This document shows, piece after piece, positions 21,565 to 32,309 of a stretch of DNA of 64,000 nt. Each line of letters starts with the position of its first letter. Position 1 is the stretch's first letter. Source of the DNA: a bacterium. Lineage in GTDB: Bacteria > Electryoneota > JAOADG01. A model generated the notes under the pieces. That model had not been told where the DNA came from. It did no database searches and saw nothing but the letters and a program-made list of their open reading frames with translations. Where the stretch lies: positions 2,688,001 to 2,752,000 of the forward strand of contig OY820579.1 of NCBI GenBank assembly GCA_963681965.1. Reading direction: 5' to 3'. The position numbers were made by a program, and so were the translations under genes.

Positions 21565-24414
21565 TTACCGATTGAGGATATCAGATGGACTTTTACCAAA
21601 TAGTTTCTTAAAACTGCGATAGAAATAATTCGGATCGCGGAAACCAACCGAATACGCGACTTCAGATACCGAGGCGAAATTTTTCCGAGTTAAGAATTCC
21701 AAAGCGCGATTTAAGCGAATTTGCATGATGAAATCGAGTGGTGTTAAATCGGTCAGTAATTTTAATTTTCGTCGTAATTGACTTTCGCTTAAGTTGACGA
21801 CGCTTACAAAATCCTCCGGCGACAAATTTGGATTGTCCAGATTCTTCATAACCGCATCGCGGAGACGTTGGACGAATTTTTCATCGTATGAGGGTGATTT
21901 GATAGGTTCAGATTGAACAGTAATCGCTTTTTTCGCAAAGGCTTTGCGTAGATCCCGGTATCTGGTTACAATGTTTGTTAAGAGCGTTTCGATAATAGAG
22001 GCTTTGAATGGTTTTGTAACATAATAGTCGGCTCTACCTTTCAAGCCAGCGATTTGATCCATTTCGGAGGATCTAGCAGTTAGTAAAACTACCGGAACAA
22101 CGTGAAGGATCTCATCTTGCTTGACGAATTGCAGCAATTCAAATCCATTCATCCGTGGCATCATTACATCGGAAACAATAATATCTGGGAGAATTTCTCG
22201 CGCTAATTGAAGTCCTGCTTCACCGTCGTAAGCGTAATGAATCTCGAATTTACGCGAAAGAAATTTTCCCAATTCATCGCACAATTCGACGTTATCGTCG
22301 ACCAATAAGATCACGGGACGGTCGGTAGAGCGTCGAATTGGTTTTCGCGATTTAGTCTCAGTTTGAGCTTCTGATATGGTACTGGTGCTTGGAGGCTGTA
22401 AAAAACGGAGTGGTAGCTGATTATCATTGTATGACTGAGCTACTTCTTCGGATGCAAGGGGAAGTTCGAACCAAAAAGTGCTGCCACTTCCGAGTTCGCT
22501 TTTAAAACCAATCGCTCCAGCCATGCTTTCCACAAGGCTTTTGGTGATCGCAAGCCCGACACCACTCGAGGATTCTGTGCCGGTTGGTCGATTTTGCGTT
22601 ATTCCGAATTGCTGGAAAATATTGGATTGATCCTCTAATGCAATTCCCAATCCCTCGTCTTGAATCGAAATCCGACACTTGCCAGATGTGGACGGCGCGT
22701 CTGCACAAAGCACAGAGGATTTTACAATGATTCTTGTTCCGGTAGGCGAGTACTTGATAGCATTCGAAATCAGATTCTCTAGAATTTGTTCGAATGCACT
22801 TGGATCAGCCATGCCAATCGCAGGATGTGAAGGTTTCTGCCACTCGATGGAAATATCTTTTTTGGATCCTAGCGGACGATACTGATCAATGATATAATCG
22901 ATTATTCGATCAAACGCTATCGGTTGAATTTTCAGTAATTGGGATAGTGTTTCTAGATTGTTGAAATAGTCGAGATTCGCAATTTGGTTTAGCATTCGTT
23001 GCACGATATTCGATATCTGTTGTGTACGGTGTTTTCCCTTCGTGGGGTCAGATTCAAACAGCATTTGTTGATTCAATACATCGATCGTTAATAAAGGATT
23101 TTTTAAATCGTGTGCCACCATCTCGACAATGCGTTGTTTTTCGCGCTGGGCTTCATCTAATTTCCGGTTCAACTTTTCAAGAATAGTTGCTTTCTCTTGT
23201 TGGGTTGCAGCATCGCGAAGAGCTTGGTTTACTTGGAATCGCGCCTCCATTTTGGTCTGAGTAGAGATCTTTTCTTCGTTAAGGAATTGCGATCGAAGTG
23301 CGTCGTATCGAAGGAATTGTTGAATTGATCGGTCTAAATTTCCCATGCTTTGATTGACCAAAGCTAATTTATAATGCAAATTCATTTGAATTCGCACTGA
23401 TCCGATTTTTTCAACCAGATCAATAGCTTGAAGTAGTAATTCGTGTCCTTGGTTAAATTGTGAGTTGTCGATAAAATAGTGCGCTTTTGTTTCAAGTGAA
23501 TGAATTAAATTGGACGTGTCGGTGAGTTCTTCGAAAACCGGGATACATCGGTTGAGAGAATCGATCATTTCATCCCACCGCTTTAAATGATGATAAGCTT
23601 CTGCTAAATTGAGATGCGCGAGCGCGATTCCGCGACGATCGATTAGTTCCTCTTTAATGGTGATGCTACGTACATAGAAATCTATCGCAGCTTCCATTCG
23701 ATTACTGCGAACCATTAAATTTCCCAGATTGATTAATACGACCGACACCTGACGCCGATCGCCGGTTTGTTCATTGATCGCAAGCGCTTTTAGGTAATAC
23801 TCTTGCGCCTTATCCAGTTCATCTGTCCGGGAATAAATATTACCAATAGTATTAATCGTATTTGCAAGTTTATCCGTCGAACCACATTGTTCGCCGATTT
23901 CCACTGCTTCAAATAATTGGGATAATGCCAGCTCGTAATCGCCTAATTCCGAGTAAACGATAGCGGAATTATTCAGGATTCGGATCGTATTGACATTCGC
24001 TTTAATTGCGCGAGTAGCCGAAAGTGCGGATTGATAATACTCTATTGCTTGTTGATACCGACCAGATTGAAAATGAAGGATGCCTAAATTGGCTTTAATC
24101 GATATTGCAATATTGTGCATTTCATATTTGTCAGTGATCTCAAGTGCGGCCAATAAGTATTGTTCTGCCTTGGAATTATCAAAAGCTCGGATGTAGAGTA
24201 CACCGATCTCTCGCAGCAGCAAAGCGTGTAATTGTTCAGGTTGAAGATTTTTTAAATAGCTTAAAGATTCAATCGCATACTCAATAACCCGGTCTAGCGA
24301 CATAATTTTTAACTGGGATTCGATCTCATTAACAAATGTTTGCATATCGTCGATTGACGAGATCAATTTGATTTTTGTTTCGAGTTCAATACCTGTTAAC
24401 AATTGACTATTCAT
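21565..24414 (-). CDS. Soluble hybrid sensor kinase/response regulator: TPR - HisKA - HATPase - REC - AraC HTH
   Basis: TPR repeats, VAHDLKNPL, NLISNAIKYS, DEGLGI, GVGLAI, LLVDDN..SDVMMPRMNG..KPF, and SEVAYSVGFRDPNYFYRSFKKLFGKSP. The start may be 24432. Confidence 0.9.
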   Translation of the reverse strand: MNSQLLTGIELETKIKLISSIDDMQTFVNEIESQLKIMSLDRVIEYAIESLSYLKNLQPEQLHALLLREIGVLYIRAFDNSKAEQYLLAALEITDKYEMHNIAISIKANLGILHFQSGRYQQAIEYYQSALSATRAIKANVNTIRILNNSAIVYSELGDYELALSQLFEAVEIGEQCGSTDKLANTINTIGNIYSRTDELDKAQEYYLKALAINEQTGDRRQVSVVLINLGNLMVRSNRMEAAIDFYVRSITIKEELIDRRGIALAHLNLAEAYHHLKRWDEMIDSLNRCIPVFEELTDTSNLIHSLETKAHYFIDNSQFNQGHELLLQAIDLVEKIGSVRIQMNLHYKLALVNQSMGNLDRSIQQFLRYDALRSQFLNEEKISTQTKMEARFQVNQALRDAATQQEKATILEKLNRKLDEAQREKQRIVEMVAHDLKNPLLTIDVLNQQMLFESDPTKGKHRTQQISNIVQRMLNQIANLDYFNNLETLSQLLKIQPIAFDRIIDYIIDQYRPLGSKKDISIEWQKPSHPAIGMADPSAFEQILENLISNAIKYSPTGTRIIVKSSVLCADAPSTSGKCRISIQDEGLGIALEDQSNIFQQFGITQNRPTGTESSSGVGLAITKSLVESMAGAIGFKSELGSGSTFWFELPLASEEVAQSYNDNQLPLRFLQPPSTSTISEAQTETKSRKPIRRSTDRPVILLVDDNVELCDELGKFLSRKFEIHYAYDGEAGLQLAREILPDIIVSDVMMPRMNGFELLQFVKQDEILHVVPVVLLTARSSEMDQIAGLKGRADYYVTKPFKASIIETLLTNIVTRYRDLRKAFAKKAITVQSEPIKSPSYDEKFVQRLRDAVMKNLDNPNLSPEDFVSVVNLSESQLRRKLKLLTDLTPLDFIMQIRLNRALEFLTRKNFASVSEVAYSVGFRDPNYFYRSFKKLFGKSPSDILNR

Positions 24415-24816
24415 CTGTATGCCATCAAGCAATTCGATAATCGATAGTAAAAGTTAGCTCTCTATAGACGGATTAATCCAAAACTTCGATTAATGCATTG
24501 CTATTCATTATGCAATTTCTAGTACTTTGTTCGTTACTCAAATGCTATTTGAGCTGATTCACTATTGGATATAAAAATACGAAACGCTACGCTATTCAGC
24601 AATACAGAAGGACTGTAGTATTTTGAGTTAACTTTCAACGAAATCAATAAATTGTCAAATTAATCCAATTAATCTTATTGATCCAAAATTATTCCTTATA
24701 TTCTTCAGTTGAGAAACATTGGTTGTTAACTTGGAATTAATAGGTCATCGATTAGGTTTGAAGTTTTTCTCATTTGACATCAATCTATTGTATGAATTGT
24801 AATCAGTGCTATCAAT

Positions 24817-24847
24817 AAAAAACGCCCACCATTAACAGTGGGCGTTT
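24817..24847 (-). terminator. Intrinsic terminator of the 24867-27443 gene
   Basis: AAACGCCCAC / GTGGGCGTTT stem with a T-run on the minus strand. Confidence 0.75.
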
Positions 24848-24866
24848 GAAGAAAGTGATGTTGCGC

Positions 24867-27443
24867 CTAGCGATTTTGTAACGATACGCCCAATATTCGC
24901 TGTACTTCCATTTCCGATGTACCCACCGGAATCGTCCGCAAGCAATCGCTCGAGCTGGCACCGCCCGTTATTGCAGTCACGCGATAATACATCGCAGGAC
25001 TGAAGCGTACTACGCCAGTATGGGTATAGGTGGTTGCATCGACACCAGTCGTATAATTCAAATACTGCCAAGTATTTGTCAAGTTGCTGCGGTAATAAAT
25101 GATATAGTTGGTTACAGCCACCGGACCGCCATAGATATCATGAGTGACTTGATTCCAAGCCAGATCCGCGTTGATACCGCTTGTCGTTACTGTCAATTGA
25201 GTCGGCATCATTGGCTGGTACGGTGTATTTAAATGGGTGTCTACGACTTCGCTGGCAACCCAATTCGACGTCGTGTCCGTCAATGCGAAATTTAATAGGA
25301 CACCATCGAAACCATGTCCCGTGCGATCGGGTAAAATACCGATTCTTGCATTATTCTGTCCGGATGAACCCTCATTGAAATTGTAGTCGCAAATCAAAGT
25401 CGGATAGTCCGCGACCGATATTTGTCGTTGCAGAGTTTCCCAAAGTTGCGTTTGTGTTCGTATGCCGTTCCACACCCGGAAACCGTCGAGACACCCTTTT
25501 AATGCGCGGGATCCATCGTTTCTGCGACCGAGCTGGAAGTTAGCAGTGGATGAATAAAATGCCGAGGAAAGAGAACCGGTTACGCTTACAGGTTGTTCAA
25601 ATCCATTCACAAAGATCTTCCCCAGCGATTGCGACGCATCGAACTCACAGGCGATATGCGTCCACACTCCCACCGGTATCGAATAGGCTGCATCGATATA
25701 AACTCCTAATCGGGGAATGAAGCGAATCAGATTGGGTCCCGTATGAATTTCCATCTGCTCGTTCGCTTTGGCACAGATGAATTGAACATCGCTGGTTGAA
25801 TTCGGCGTCCATTTGAGCCAGGTCTCGATCGTGTAGCCATTCGTCGAGCCCAGATCGACTCCGGTGGAGATCACGACATTATCGTCGACACCATCGAACG
25901 CGAGTGCGTTGTCCTCTACAGGATACTGCTTGACGGCAACGGAATCGATATCACCGGAAGCCGTAGCGATATAGACCATCGCGTGACGGTTGGCGGTTGT
26001 CGTATTCGGCGATGCAGTCACTGGAAGCGGTATGCCACCATCGCCAGTGGTTCTACCGAGTGTTACCCAATTCGCGCTACACGAGGCATTCCAAGCAATT
26101 CGCGACGTCAACCGGATGGTATCCGCATGGATTGGGTTACTGGAAATGAATAAAGAATCGGTGGCAACAGTCAGATTGATTTGTCGTCCCGGAATCATCT
26201 CCTTGATTAGAACGAAATCGGTGCCACTGGCGGCCCATGGTCCCATTAAATTATTCACTACGATGCCGAGATACCAGTGCTGATTGGCGACGGTGATCCG
26301 TTGGGTGGCATAGGCATCGATCGGATAACGGTTGACAGTAGTACCGTCGAAACTACGTACTACGGCAGTTTGAGTAGAGTCTGTGCTATTGACCAGATCG
26401 AAGGTCGCGCTATCTGCCGTTAATGAAATCGGGATCGAATTCAGTGTCGATGTGCCTTCCCAAGGGAGCGGTTTTGCATTGTAATACCACTGCGACTGAT
26501 CATTGTTACGGAGTTCCAACTGAACTTCCATAGCATGATTCGGATCCGGCATCGGACAAATCACGATAGGGGATGAGTAAGCGGGTACGGTAAAGGTAAA
26601 TTCTTCCGCCAAGATATTGATGCCGGTAAATGTGACGGGGGTATCGGATAGACTGTGAACACCGAACATAAATCCTTGGGATAATACACCATTCACGGAA
26701 TTGAAAACCATTCCCATGGGATAAAACCACAGATCGAACACAGCAGGATAACTGTCATCCCAGTATGAATTCGGTTGAAGGTAAACATGTTCCCGTAGAT
26801 AGCCATTGTCGATTATCTGAAACTCGGCCATTTCCGGATATGCATCATTATTCGAAAAAACGTGCTCTCTTTCGTAACGGACACAGCCCAATGTGAACGT
26901 TCCATAATTAGTATTCCAAATCACATTCATTGTCAATGGGTAATCGTTAAAATTTTGGAGGACCATTTCTGGACCTTGCATAGGCGAGCTTCTTCCATAT
27001 CTCTTCATTTCGCAATGAGTGAATTGGGACGGGGCAGGAACATAAGCGATCTCGTTGCCGTAATAGATGCCACTAGCTGTGACGAACTTCAACCGGCAAT
27101 AATATTGCATCGGGTAACTGTTTTGGAAAGTAGTTGTGACGTTTGCCGATACGGTGGTGTCGTTCGAAATGGTGCCAATGACAATTTGATGGCCGTAGGT
27201 CAGCGTTTCGCCATACTCGAAGGAGAGCGTTCCTGAGAGTCCGTTGGTCGCGATATGACCGGAATACAGAGCGGTTAGCTGACCATAATCGTAAGTATAA
27301 CCAGGGTAAATTGGTGATAAGCTGATTGAGCCTAAGTTGTTGCATTTGACCTGAGTCGGTTGATACGTATTCAAAACGGGAGTTTGCGCGAAAGCTACAC
27401 AAGCGAGGATCGTGATCGGGAACAGAATGAGGAAGCGATTCAT
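24867..27443 (-). CDS. Secreted multidomain protein: FN3-like, unknown repeats, BACON, LamG, C-terminal FN3-like 'YYRV' domain
   Basis: Signal peptide; BACON (WNASCSANWVT...NTTTANRHA); LamG (ALAFDGVDD, TIETW, WTHIA, LDGFRVWN). Confidence 0.8.
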   Translation of the reverse strand: MNRFLILFPITILACVAFAQTPVLNTYQPTQVKCNNLGSISLSPIYPGYTYDYGQLTALYSGHIATNGLSGTLSFEYGETLTYGHQIVIGTISNDTTVSANVTTTFQNSYPMQYYCRLKFVTASGIYYGNEIAYVPAPSQFTHCEMKRYGRSSPMQGPEMVLQNFNDYPLTMNVIWNTNYGTFTLGCVRYEREHVFSNNDAYPEMAEFQIIDNGYLREHVYLQPNSYWDDSYPAVFDLWFYPMGMVFNSVNGVLSQGFMFGVHSLSDTPVTFTGINILAEEFTFTVPAYSSPIVICPMPDPNHAMEVQLELRNNDQSQWYYNAKPLPWEGTSTLNSIPISLTADSATFDLVNSTDSTQTAVVRSFDGTTVNRYPIDAYATQRITVANQHWYLGIVVNNLMGPWAASGTDFVLIKEMIPGRQINLTVATDSLFISSNPIHADTIRLTSRIAWNASCSANWVTLGRTTGDGGIPLPVTASPNTTTANRHAMVYIATASGDIDSVAVKQYPVEDNALAFDGVDDNVVISTGVDLGSTNGYTIETWLKWTPNSTSDVQFICAKANEQMEIHTGPNLIRFIPRLGVYIDAAYSIPVGVWTHIACEFDASQSLGKIFVNGFEQPVSVTGSLSSAFYSSTANFQLGRRNDGSRALKGCLDGFRVWNGIRTQTQLWETLQRQISVADYPTLICDYNFNEGSSGQNNARIGILPDRTGHGFDGVLLNFALTDTTSNWVASEVVDTHLNTPYQPMMPTQLTVTTSGINADLAWNQVTHDIYGGPVAVTNYIIYYRSNLTNTWQYLNYTTGVDATTYTHTGVVRFSPAMYYRVTAITGGASSSDCLRTIPVGTSEMEVQRILGVSLQNR

Positions 27444-27651
27444 ACATTACCCTTTCCGAGCTGAGGTGAAATATCTTGTGATAAAGAACGAAAATTAGCC
27501 TACAAATTCATGTTTCTCACAGCTTCCATCGAACAGTCGCAGAATCGCATTCAATTACGGCAGAAAATAGTCTACAAGGCCAAAATAACCATCGAGCTGT
27601 AGTTTTGCAATAAAATTTGTTTCCAATCGCGCGATTTTCCGCTGTCACCCA

Positions 27652-28071
27652 TCAAATCTGTCGATTTCGAGAATGTTTGCCGGATCGAAAAGCACCATCG
27701 ATCGCTAGCATTGTTAGGAAGGTAGCACCCAACATCGTCTCGATAGTTATCGCAATCCAAATCGATGAATTCACCGTTCCGCGGAAAAACTCATAGGTTC
27801 CCATGCTTGCCAACCCCAGAAACATAACTCCGATGGATAGACTGATCGATTGCCGAATCTTGCTAGGTTCAATATTTCTAACCAAAAACGAGATCATGGC
27901 AATACACAGCATAAACATGGAGACTCTTCGTCCGAGAATAGAAGTCGCTTCCGACGGTATAAGTCCCATATCCTGAACGAAACTGTCTGTGAAGAAAAGC
28001 ATCTCGATGCAGAGGTAGGTGAATAACACCGAAGTGGCGATTGCAGCAATCTTGAATAGACGTTGTTTCAT
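27652..28071 (-). CDS. Small integral membrane protein (4 TM), function unknown
   Basis: GGAG RBS; four hydrophobic segments. Confidence 0.75.
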   Translation of the reverse strand: MKQRLFKIAAIATSVLFTYLCIEMLFFTDSFVQDMGLIPSEATSILGRRVSMFMLCIAMISFLVRNIEPSKIRQSISLSIGVMFLGLASMGTYEFFRGTVNSSIWIAITIETMLGATFLTMLAIDGAFRSGKHSRNRQI

Positions 28072-28580
28072 GTATTCTCCATTTGAGCTAAATTTTCATC
28101 TGAAGGAAAATTTTCGAATATCGTTAGAAAGTGTAAGGTAATGGTGAACTGCATTTGTATCAAAGTTCTCCATTATTGCAATACAGTGTGACTTGCACAT
28201 CGAAAGCAGTAACGGTCAATATCACATGGATCGCGAAATGTCCTACTTGAGTCCGCATTAACGATCTATCGCTAGTCGTGGGTTGGTCAGCATCGATCCA
28301 TGTGAAAGCGACTAAGTGCAATTAAGATTTGATTTACACCGATGGATGCGTATATTTACGGGTGAGTAGTAGTGCAAATCCGGTTACAGTTTACGTATTC
28401 GGGGAAGTGTCCCTTTTCAATACGGTTTTGCCATTGCTCGAAGTCTTTGATAATAGCGCGAATTCCATTACACGGTATAATATCGTGCTAATATTCAAAT
28501 CATTGCCGATTCGGAAATCGGCAGTACTAGAAAATTTTAGATTTCTCTACTCGTTGTTCTAACATCAATCCATAAAACAA

Positions 28581-28734
28581 GAAGGGCTTATGTTTAGGAT
28601 TGCACTCCATTTGGATCTTGCTGAATAAGGGCGGCAACTGATTTCCCGTTCAATACAAACTTCAGTTCCCCCTATTCCGACTTGATCCCTTCGCTTTATC
28701 CACCGATAGCTGTATCGGTAGGATTAGTCTTTTT
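28581..28734 (+). promoter_or_regulatory. Putative leader-peptide transcription attenuator upstream of rsgA
   Basis: uORF 28590-28628 (MFRIALHLDLAE); its stop lies in the 5' arm of a stem (28623-28641 / 28662-28677). A terminator-like hairpin at 28698-28724 is followed by a T-run. Confidence 0.5.
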
Positions 28735-28769
28735 GTTGCTTTTATTGTGAAGATTTGGAGTGAAAAACC

Positions 28770-29834
28770 ATGTTTGAACTATCCTATTTAGGATTTTCCT
28801 CTTTTTTCAGAAATCAACTCGCAGACAATCTGCAGGACAATACACAGCTCGCGCGAATCACTGCAGAACACCGCAGCGAGTATGAAATATTAACGATCGA
28901 CGGGCCGGGAAAAGCGCACTTATCGCCAAACCTGTACAAGACGCTGGAAAGCGAATTGTTACCGAAGGTGGGCGACTGGGTGGTGTTGGAAGCGCGTGAC
29001 CGGATTCTGTATATCGAGCAGATCCTGACGCGAAGAACATCCCTGGTCCGAGGTTCGGCGGGTAAGGAGACGACAAGTCAGGTATTGGCAACCAATGTCG
29101 ATATCGTTTTCATCGTCGCCGGTCTCGATTCGGTGTTTAATCCGAACCGAATTGAACGCTACTTGTCGTTAGTCTGGTCGAGCAAAGCGCAGCCAGTCGT
29201 TGTTCTGAACAAGGCAGATCTGTTGGAAGACCCTTCCAGTGTGTTGCTCGAGGCTGAGAAACGCAATCTGGGTGTACAAGTGATCCTTGCCAGCTCGAAA
29301 ACGGCCGAGGGTTTGCACGAAATTCGATCGCTTCTATGCGAAGGAATAACTGCCGCGTTTGTCGGCCCATCGGGAGTTGGTAAATCAACGCTGATTAACG
29401 CGCTGCTTGGTGAAGAGCGTATCGAAACGAATGCGGTTCGAGAATGCGATGCGAAAGGGCGTCATACAACCGTCCATCGTCAATTGATTGTGCTGCCGGA
29501 AGGGGGTCTGGTGATCGATACCCCCGGTTTGCGCGAACTGCAACTGGCTGAAAGCGATGGTATCGCGTCGGCATTTCCGGAGATCGAAGCGCTGGCCGAA
29601 CAGTGCCGTTTCAGCGATTGCACGCATCAGTCCGAACCGGGTTGTGCAGTAAAGAGCGCGGTTGAGCAGGGTTCGATTCAGCAAGAGCGATATGCGCACT
29701 ATCTGAAACTACAGCACGACGTTCAATCGTTCAAAGTCCGCCAGAACGAACGGTTGCGCCATCAATCCGAACGGATCTGGGGAAAACTCAGTCGCGAAGG
29801 CGAGATGATTAGACGACTAAAAGGAAGGCGTTAA
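28770..29834 (+). CDS. rsgA: Ribosome small subunit-dependent GTPase A
   Basis: OB fold VGDWV; circularly permuted G motifs NKAD / GPSGVGKS / GRHTT / DTPG; Zn site CRFSDCTHQSEPGC. Confidence 0.95.
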   Translation: MFELSYLGFSSFFRNQLADNLQDNTQLARITAEHRSEYEILTIDGPGKAHLSPNLYKTLESELLPKVGDWVVLEARDRILYIEQILTRRTSLVRGSAGKETTSQVLATNVDIVFIVAGLDSVFNPNRIERYLSLVWSSKAQPVVVLNKADLLEDPSSVLLEAEKRNLGVQVILASSKTAEGLHEIRSLLCEGITAAFVGPSGVGKSTLINALLGEERIETNAVRECDAKGRHTTVHRQLIVLPEGGLVIDTPGLRELQLAESDGIASAFPEIEALAEQCRFSDCTHQSEPGCAVKSAVEQGSIQQERYAHYLKLQHDVQSFKVRQNERLRHQSERIWGKLSREGEMIRRLKGRR

Positions 29835-29898
29835 TGGTTATTTATGCAATCGATCATGTAGTGAGCGATCAGTAGATTTGCTGGCGGGAGATCCCAAT

Positions 29899-29930
29899 CG
29901 TCCGACTCGAAATAGTCGGACGTTTTTTTT
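29899..29930 (+). terminator. Intrinsic terminator after rsgA
   Basis: CGTCCGACT / AGTCGGACG stem followed by T8. Confidence 0.85.
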
Positions 29931-30101
29931 AGATCGTGACTCGCACGCATTACCTAAAATATCTCAATGTTCATTCTTTCTTAAATAGGACTTGATTTAT
30001 TATTCATAAGGACACTAATTTGTGACTATTCCCTTTTACCAGTACTAGCTTTGATTAATCCTTTTCGAATTCCAACATCATTAATCATTTATGAGGTGGT
30101 T

Positions 30102-31097
30102 ATGTCTCGATTCTTTTTCTCTACTCTGATCGTTTTACTAATCGCTGGCATGTCGGGTGCAACCGTTCGAGTAGTAGACAACAATCCCAACGCAGTCGGC
30201 GTCTTTACGGATGGACAAACGGCAATCAATGCATCGGTTGCAGGAGATACCGTTTATTTTGCCGGTTCAGTTACTGGGTACGGCAGTATATCAATAAATC
30301 GACCGCTAACGATTATCGGAGCGGGTAATTTCCTGACAGAGTATCCGGAATCGCAAGCGCGCCCGCTTCCTTCCTATATCGTAAGTTTGTATCTAGCTGA
30401 AGGGGCAGCAGGGACAGTCGTTTATAGTATGAAATTCAATTCTGTTATCCTCTGGAGCAGTAATGTATCGCTCAGACGATGTGTTATCGATAACGGGGGA
30501 AATACTCTCATAAGTACCGATCGATTAATTTCGGATATATTGGTCGAACAATGCTATCTGTCAGGTTCTTACAACGGGTATCCTGCCATATTCTTACCTA
30601 ATACGCAGAACACCAATTTTTACAACAATTACATGGTAAGTACTTCCACAACTCAACCACTATTCTGGACAGGAACGAGTGCGTCGAATATCGATCTGGT
30701 CAATAATGTGATTTCGGGCAATGTTGAGCTTAATAATGGATACATGGCAAATAATATCATGATCAGCGGTACGCTGACGGCCAATAATTGCCGAACATTC
30801 AATAACATCGGTAGTGGTGTGCAATTCTCGGCATCGAATAACAACCAGCAGAATATCGATATGTCTTCTGTGTTCATCGGTACCGGTACAACCGATGGAC
30901 GATGGCAATTATCCGAAAGTTCACCGGCGCGAGCTGCGGGAATTGGGGGAGTGGATTGCGGTATCTTCGGGAATACTAATCCTTATATTCTGGCTTGTCT
31001 TCCACCGATACCGACGATAACCTCCTTTACCTCACAGGCTGCAACGACTGCTCCTGCAGGTCTTCCGATAACAATTCGTGCGCGCGGACATTACTAA
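30102..31097 (+). CDS. Secreted parallel beta-helix protein, module 1 partner A
   Basis: GAGG RBS and signal peptide; AINASVAGDTVY, Asn-rich coils, QLSESSPARAAG...DCGIFG...PY; paralog of 39032-40039. Confidence 0.85.
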   Translation: MSRFFFSTLIVLLIAGMSGATVRVVDNNPNAVGVFTDGQTAINASVAGDTVYFAGSVTGYGSISINRPLTIIGAGNFLTEYPESQARPLPSYIVSLYLAEGAAGTVVYSMKFNSVILWSSNVSLRRCVIDNGGNTLISTDRLISDILVEQCYLSGSYNGYPAIFLPNTQNTNFYNNYMVSTSTTQPLFWTGTSASNIDLVNNVISGNVELNNGYMANNIMISGTLTANNCRTFNNIGSGVQFSASNNNQQNIDMSSVFIGTGTTDGRWQLSESSPARAAGIGGVDCGIFGNTNPYILACLPPIPTITSFTSQAATTAPAGLPITIRARGHY

Positions 31098-31112
31098 AAT
31101 CGTGAGGCGGAA

Positions 31113-32309
31113 ATGAAAATTTTCAACTTGCGAATCGCTTTCACGGTATTCGGTATTGTGCTTCCTTGCTTGTTATGCGCGAATCCCATCGTGCGAATCG
31201 AGTATTTTATCGACTCCGATCCGGGTTGGCATCAAGCAACGAGCTTGCCTAGTACGACTGCGGATAGTATTTCGATCAGTTCCACGATACCTGTGAACGG
31301 GTTGGCGCTGGGAATGCACACAGTAGGATTCCGTGCAATCGACAATAACGATGTGTCCAGCGCTCCCTTTTTTCGAAGTTTCTGGATCGATCGTGTCATA
31401 GCGACTCCACACGTTGTTCAAATCGAATACTTCATCGATCGCGATCCGGGTTATGGCAATGGCATTAGTCCCACTTTCGAACAAGGTAGCTCAGTCGGTG
31501 TTAGCTTATGTGTTGCCACCGATACGCTTTCAATCGGAATGCATGTATTGGTCGTACGAGTACGTGCCGCCGATAACCGGTGGAGTACTTCTTTCAACAG
31601 ACCATTCTGGGTAGAACCGATTCGGTCGGAAAAAAGCGTTGTAGCTGCAGAGTACTATGTCGACCGAGACCCGGGCGTTGGTCAGGCAATACCGTATCCG
31701 GTTATCCCAAATGTCGAAGTCAATCAGTCATTTGTTCTAGCAACCGATACTCTGTCACCGGGCCTTCATCTGTTTGGAATGAGATTTCGTGACAGCAGTG
31801 GAAACTGGACAATAGCTTTACAAAAAGGCTTCTGGGTAGAACGGATCCATTCGGTCGCTTCGGTTAATGCAGCCGAATATTACATCGATTCCGATCCCGG
31901 GTTCAATCTGGCAACGTCTATTCCGGTGGTCGCAGGAGAATCCGCTACTATTCCGTTTACCGCACTATTGAGCGGTCAAGCAAATGGCAATCATGAATTG
32001 ATTGTTCGAGTCAGAAATACTAATGGAGTTTGGAGCGTCGCCGAGCAATACCGATTCGTGATCGCAGATGCTCCCGATGCACCTACTTTATTGGTGATCT
32101 CTTACAGTGGATCGAATGCAGTATTGCAATGGACGGCGCCATCAACGGCTGTCGATGGATTCCGGATTTATCGCAACAGCTTAGCTTATTTCATGCCACC
32201 AGCGCAAAATACGTTGATCGGTAGCGTGACCGGAGCGACTACAACATTTACCGATTACAATGTATCCGATAAGTACTATTATCGAGTGAGTTCATTTAAT
32301 ACACCATGA
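31113..32309 (+). CDS. Secreted protein with 4 EY(F/Y)xDxDPG Ig-like repeats and a C-terminal FN3-like 'YYRV' domain, module 1 partner B
   Basis: Signal peptide; four ~75 aa repeats EYF.D.DPG...G.H....R......W; paralog of 40053-41057. Confidence 0.85.
   Translation: MKIFNLRIAFTVFGIVLPCLLCANPIVRIEYFIDSDPGWHQATSLPSTTADSISISSTIPVNGLALGMHTVGFRAIDNNDVSSAPFFRSFWIDRVIATPHVVQIEYFIDRDPGYGNGISPTFEQGSSVGVSLCVATDTLSIGMHVLVVRVRAADNRWSTSFNRPFWVEPIRSEKSVVAAEYYVDRDPGVGQAIPYPVIPNVEVNQSFVLATDTLSPGLHLFGMRFRDSSGNWTIALQKGFWVERIHSVASVNAAEYYIDSDPGFNLATSIPVVAGESATIPFTALLSGQANGNHELIVRVRNTNGVWSVAEQYRFVIADAPDAPTLLVISYSGSNAVLQWTAPSTAVDGFRIYRNSLAYFMPPAQNTLIGSVTGATTTFTDYNVSDKYYYRVSSFNTP

Noticed and set aside
28329-28562. 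77-aa ORF upstream of rsgA
   Set aside because: TTG start, no RBS and no recognisable features; more likely promoter region.
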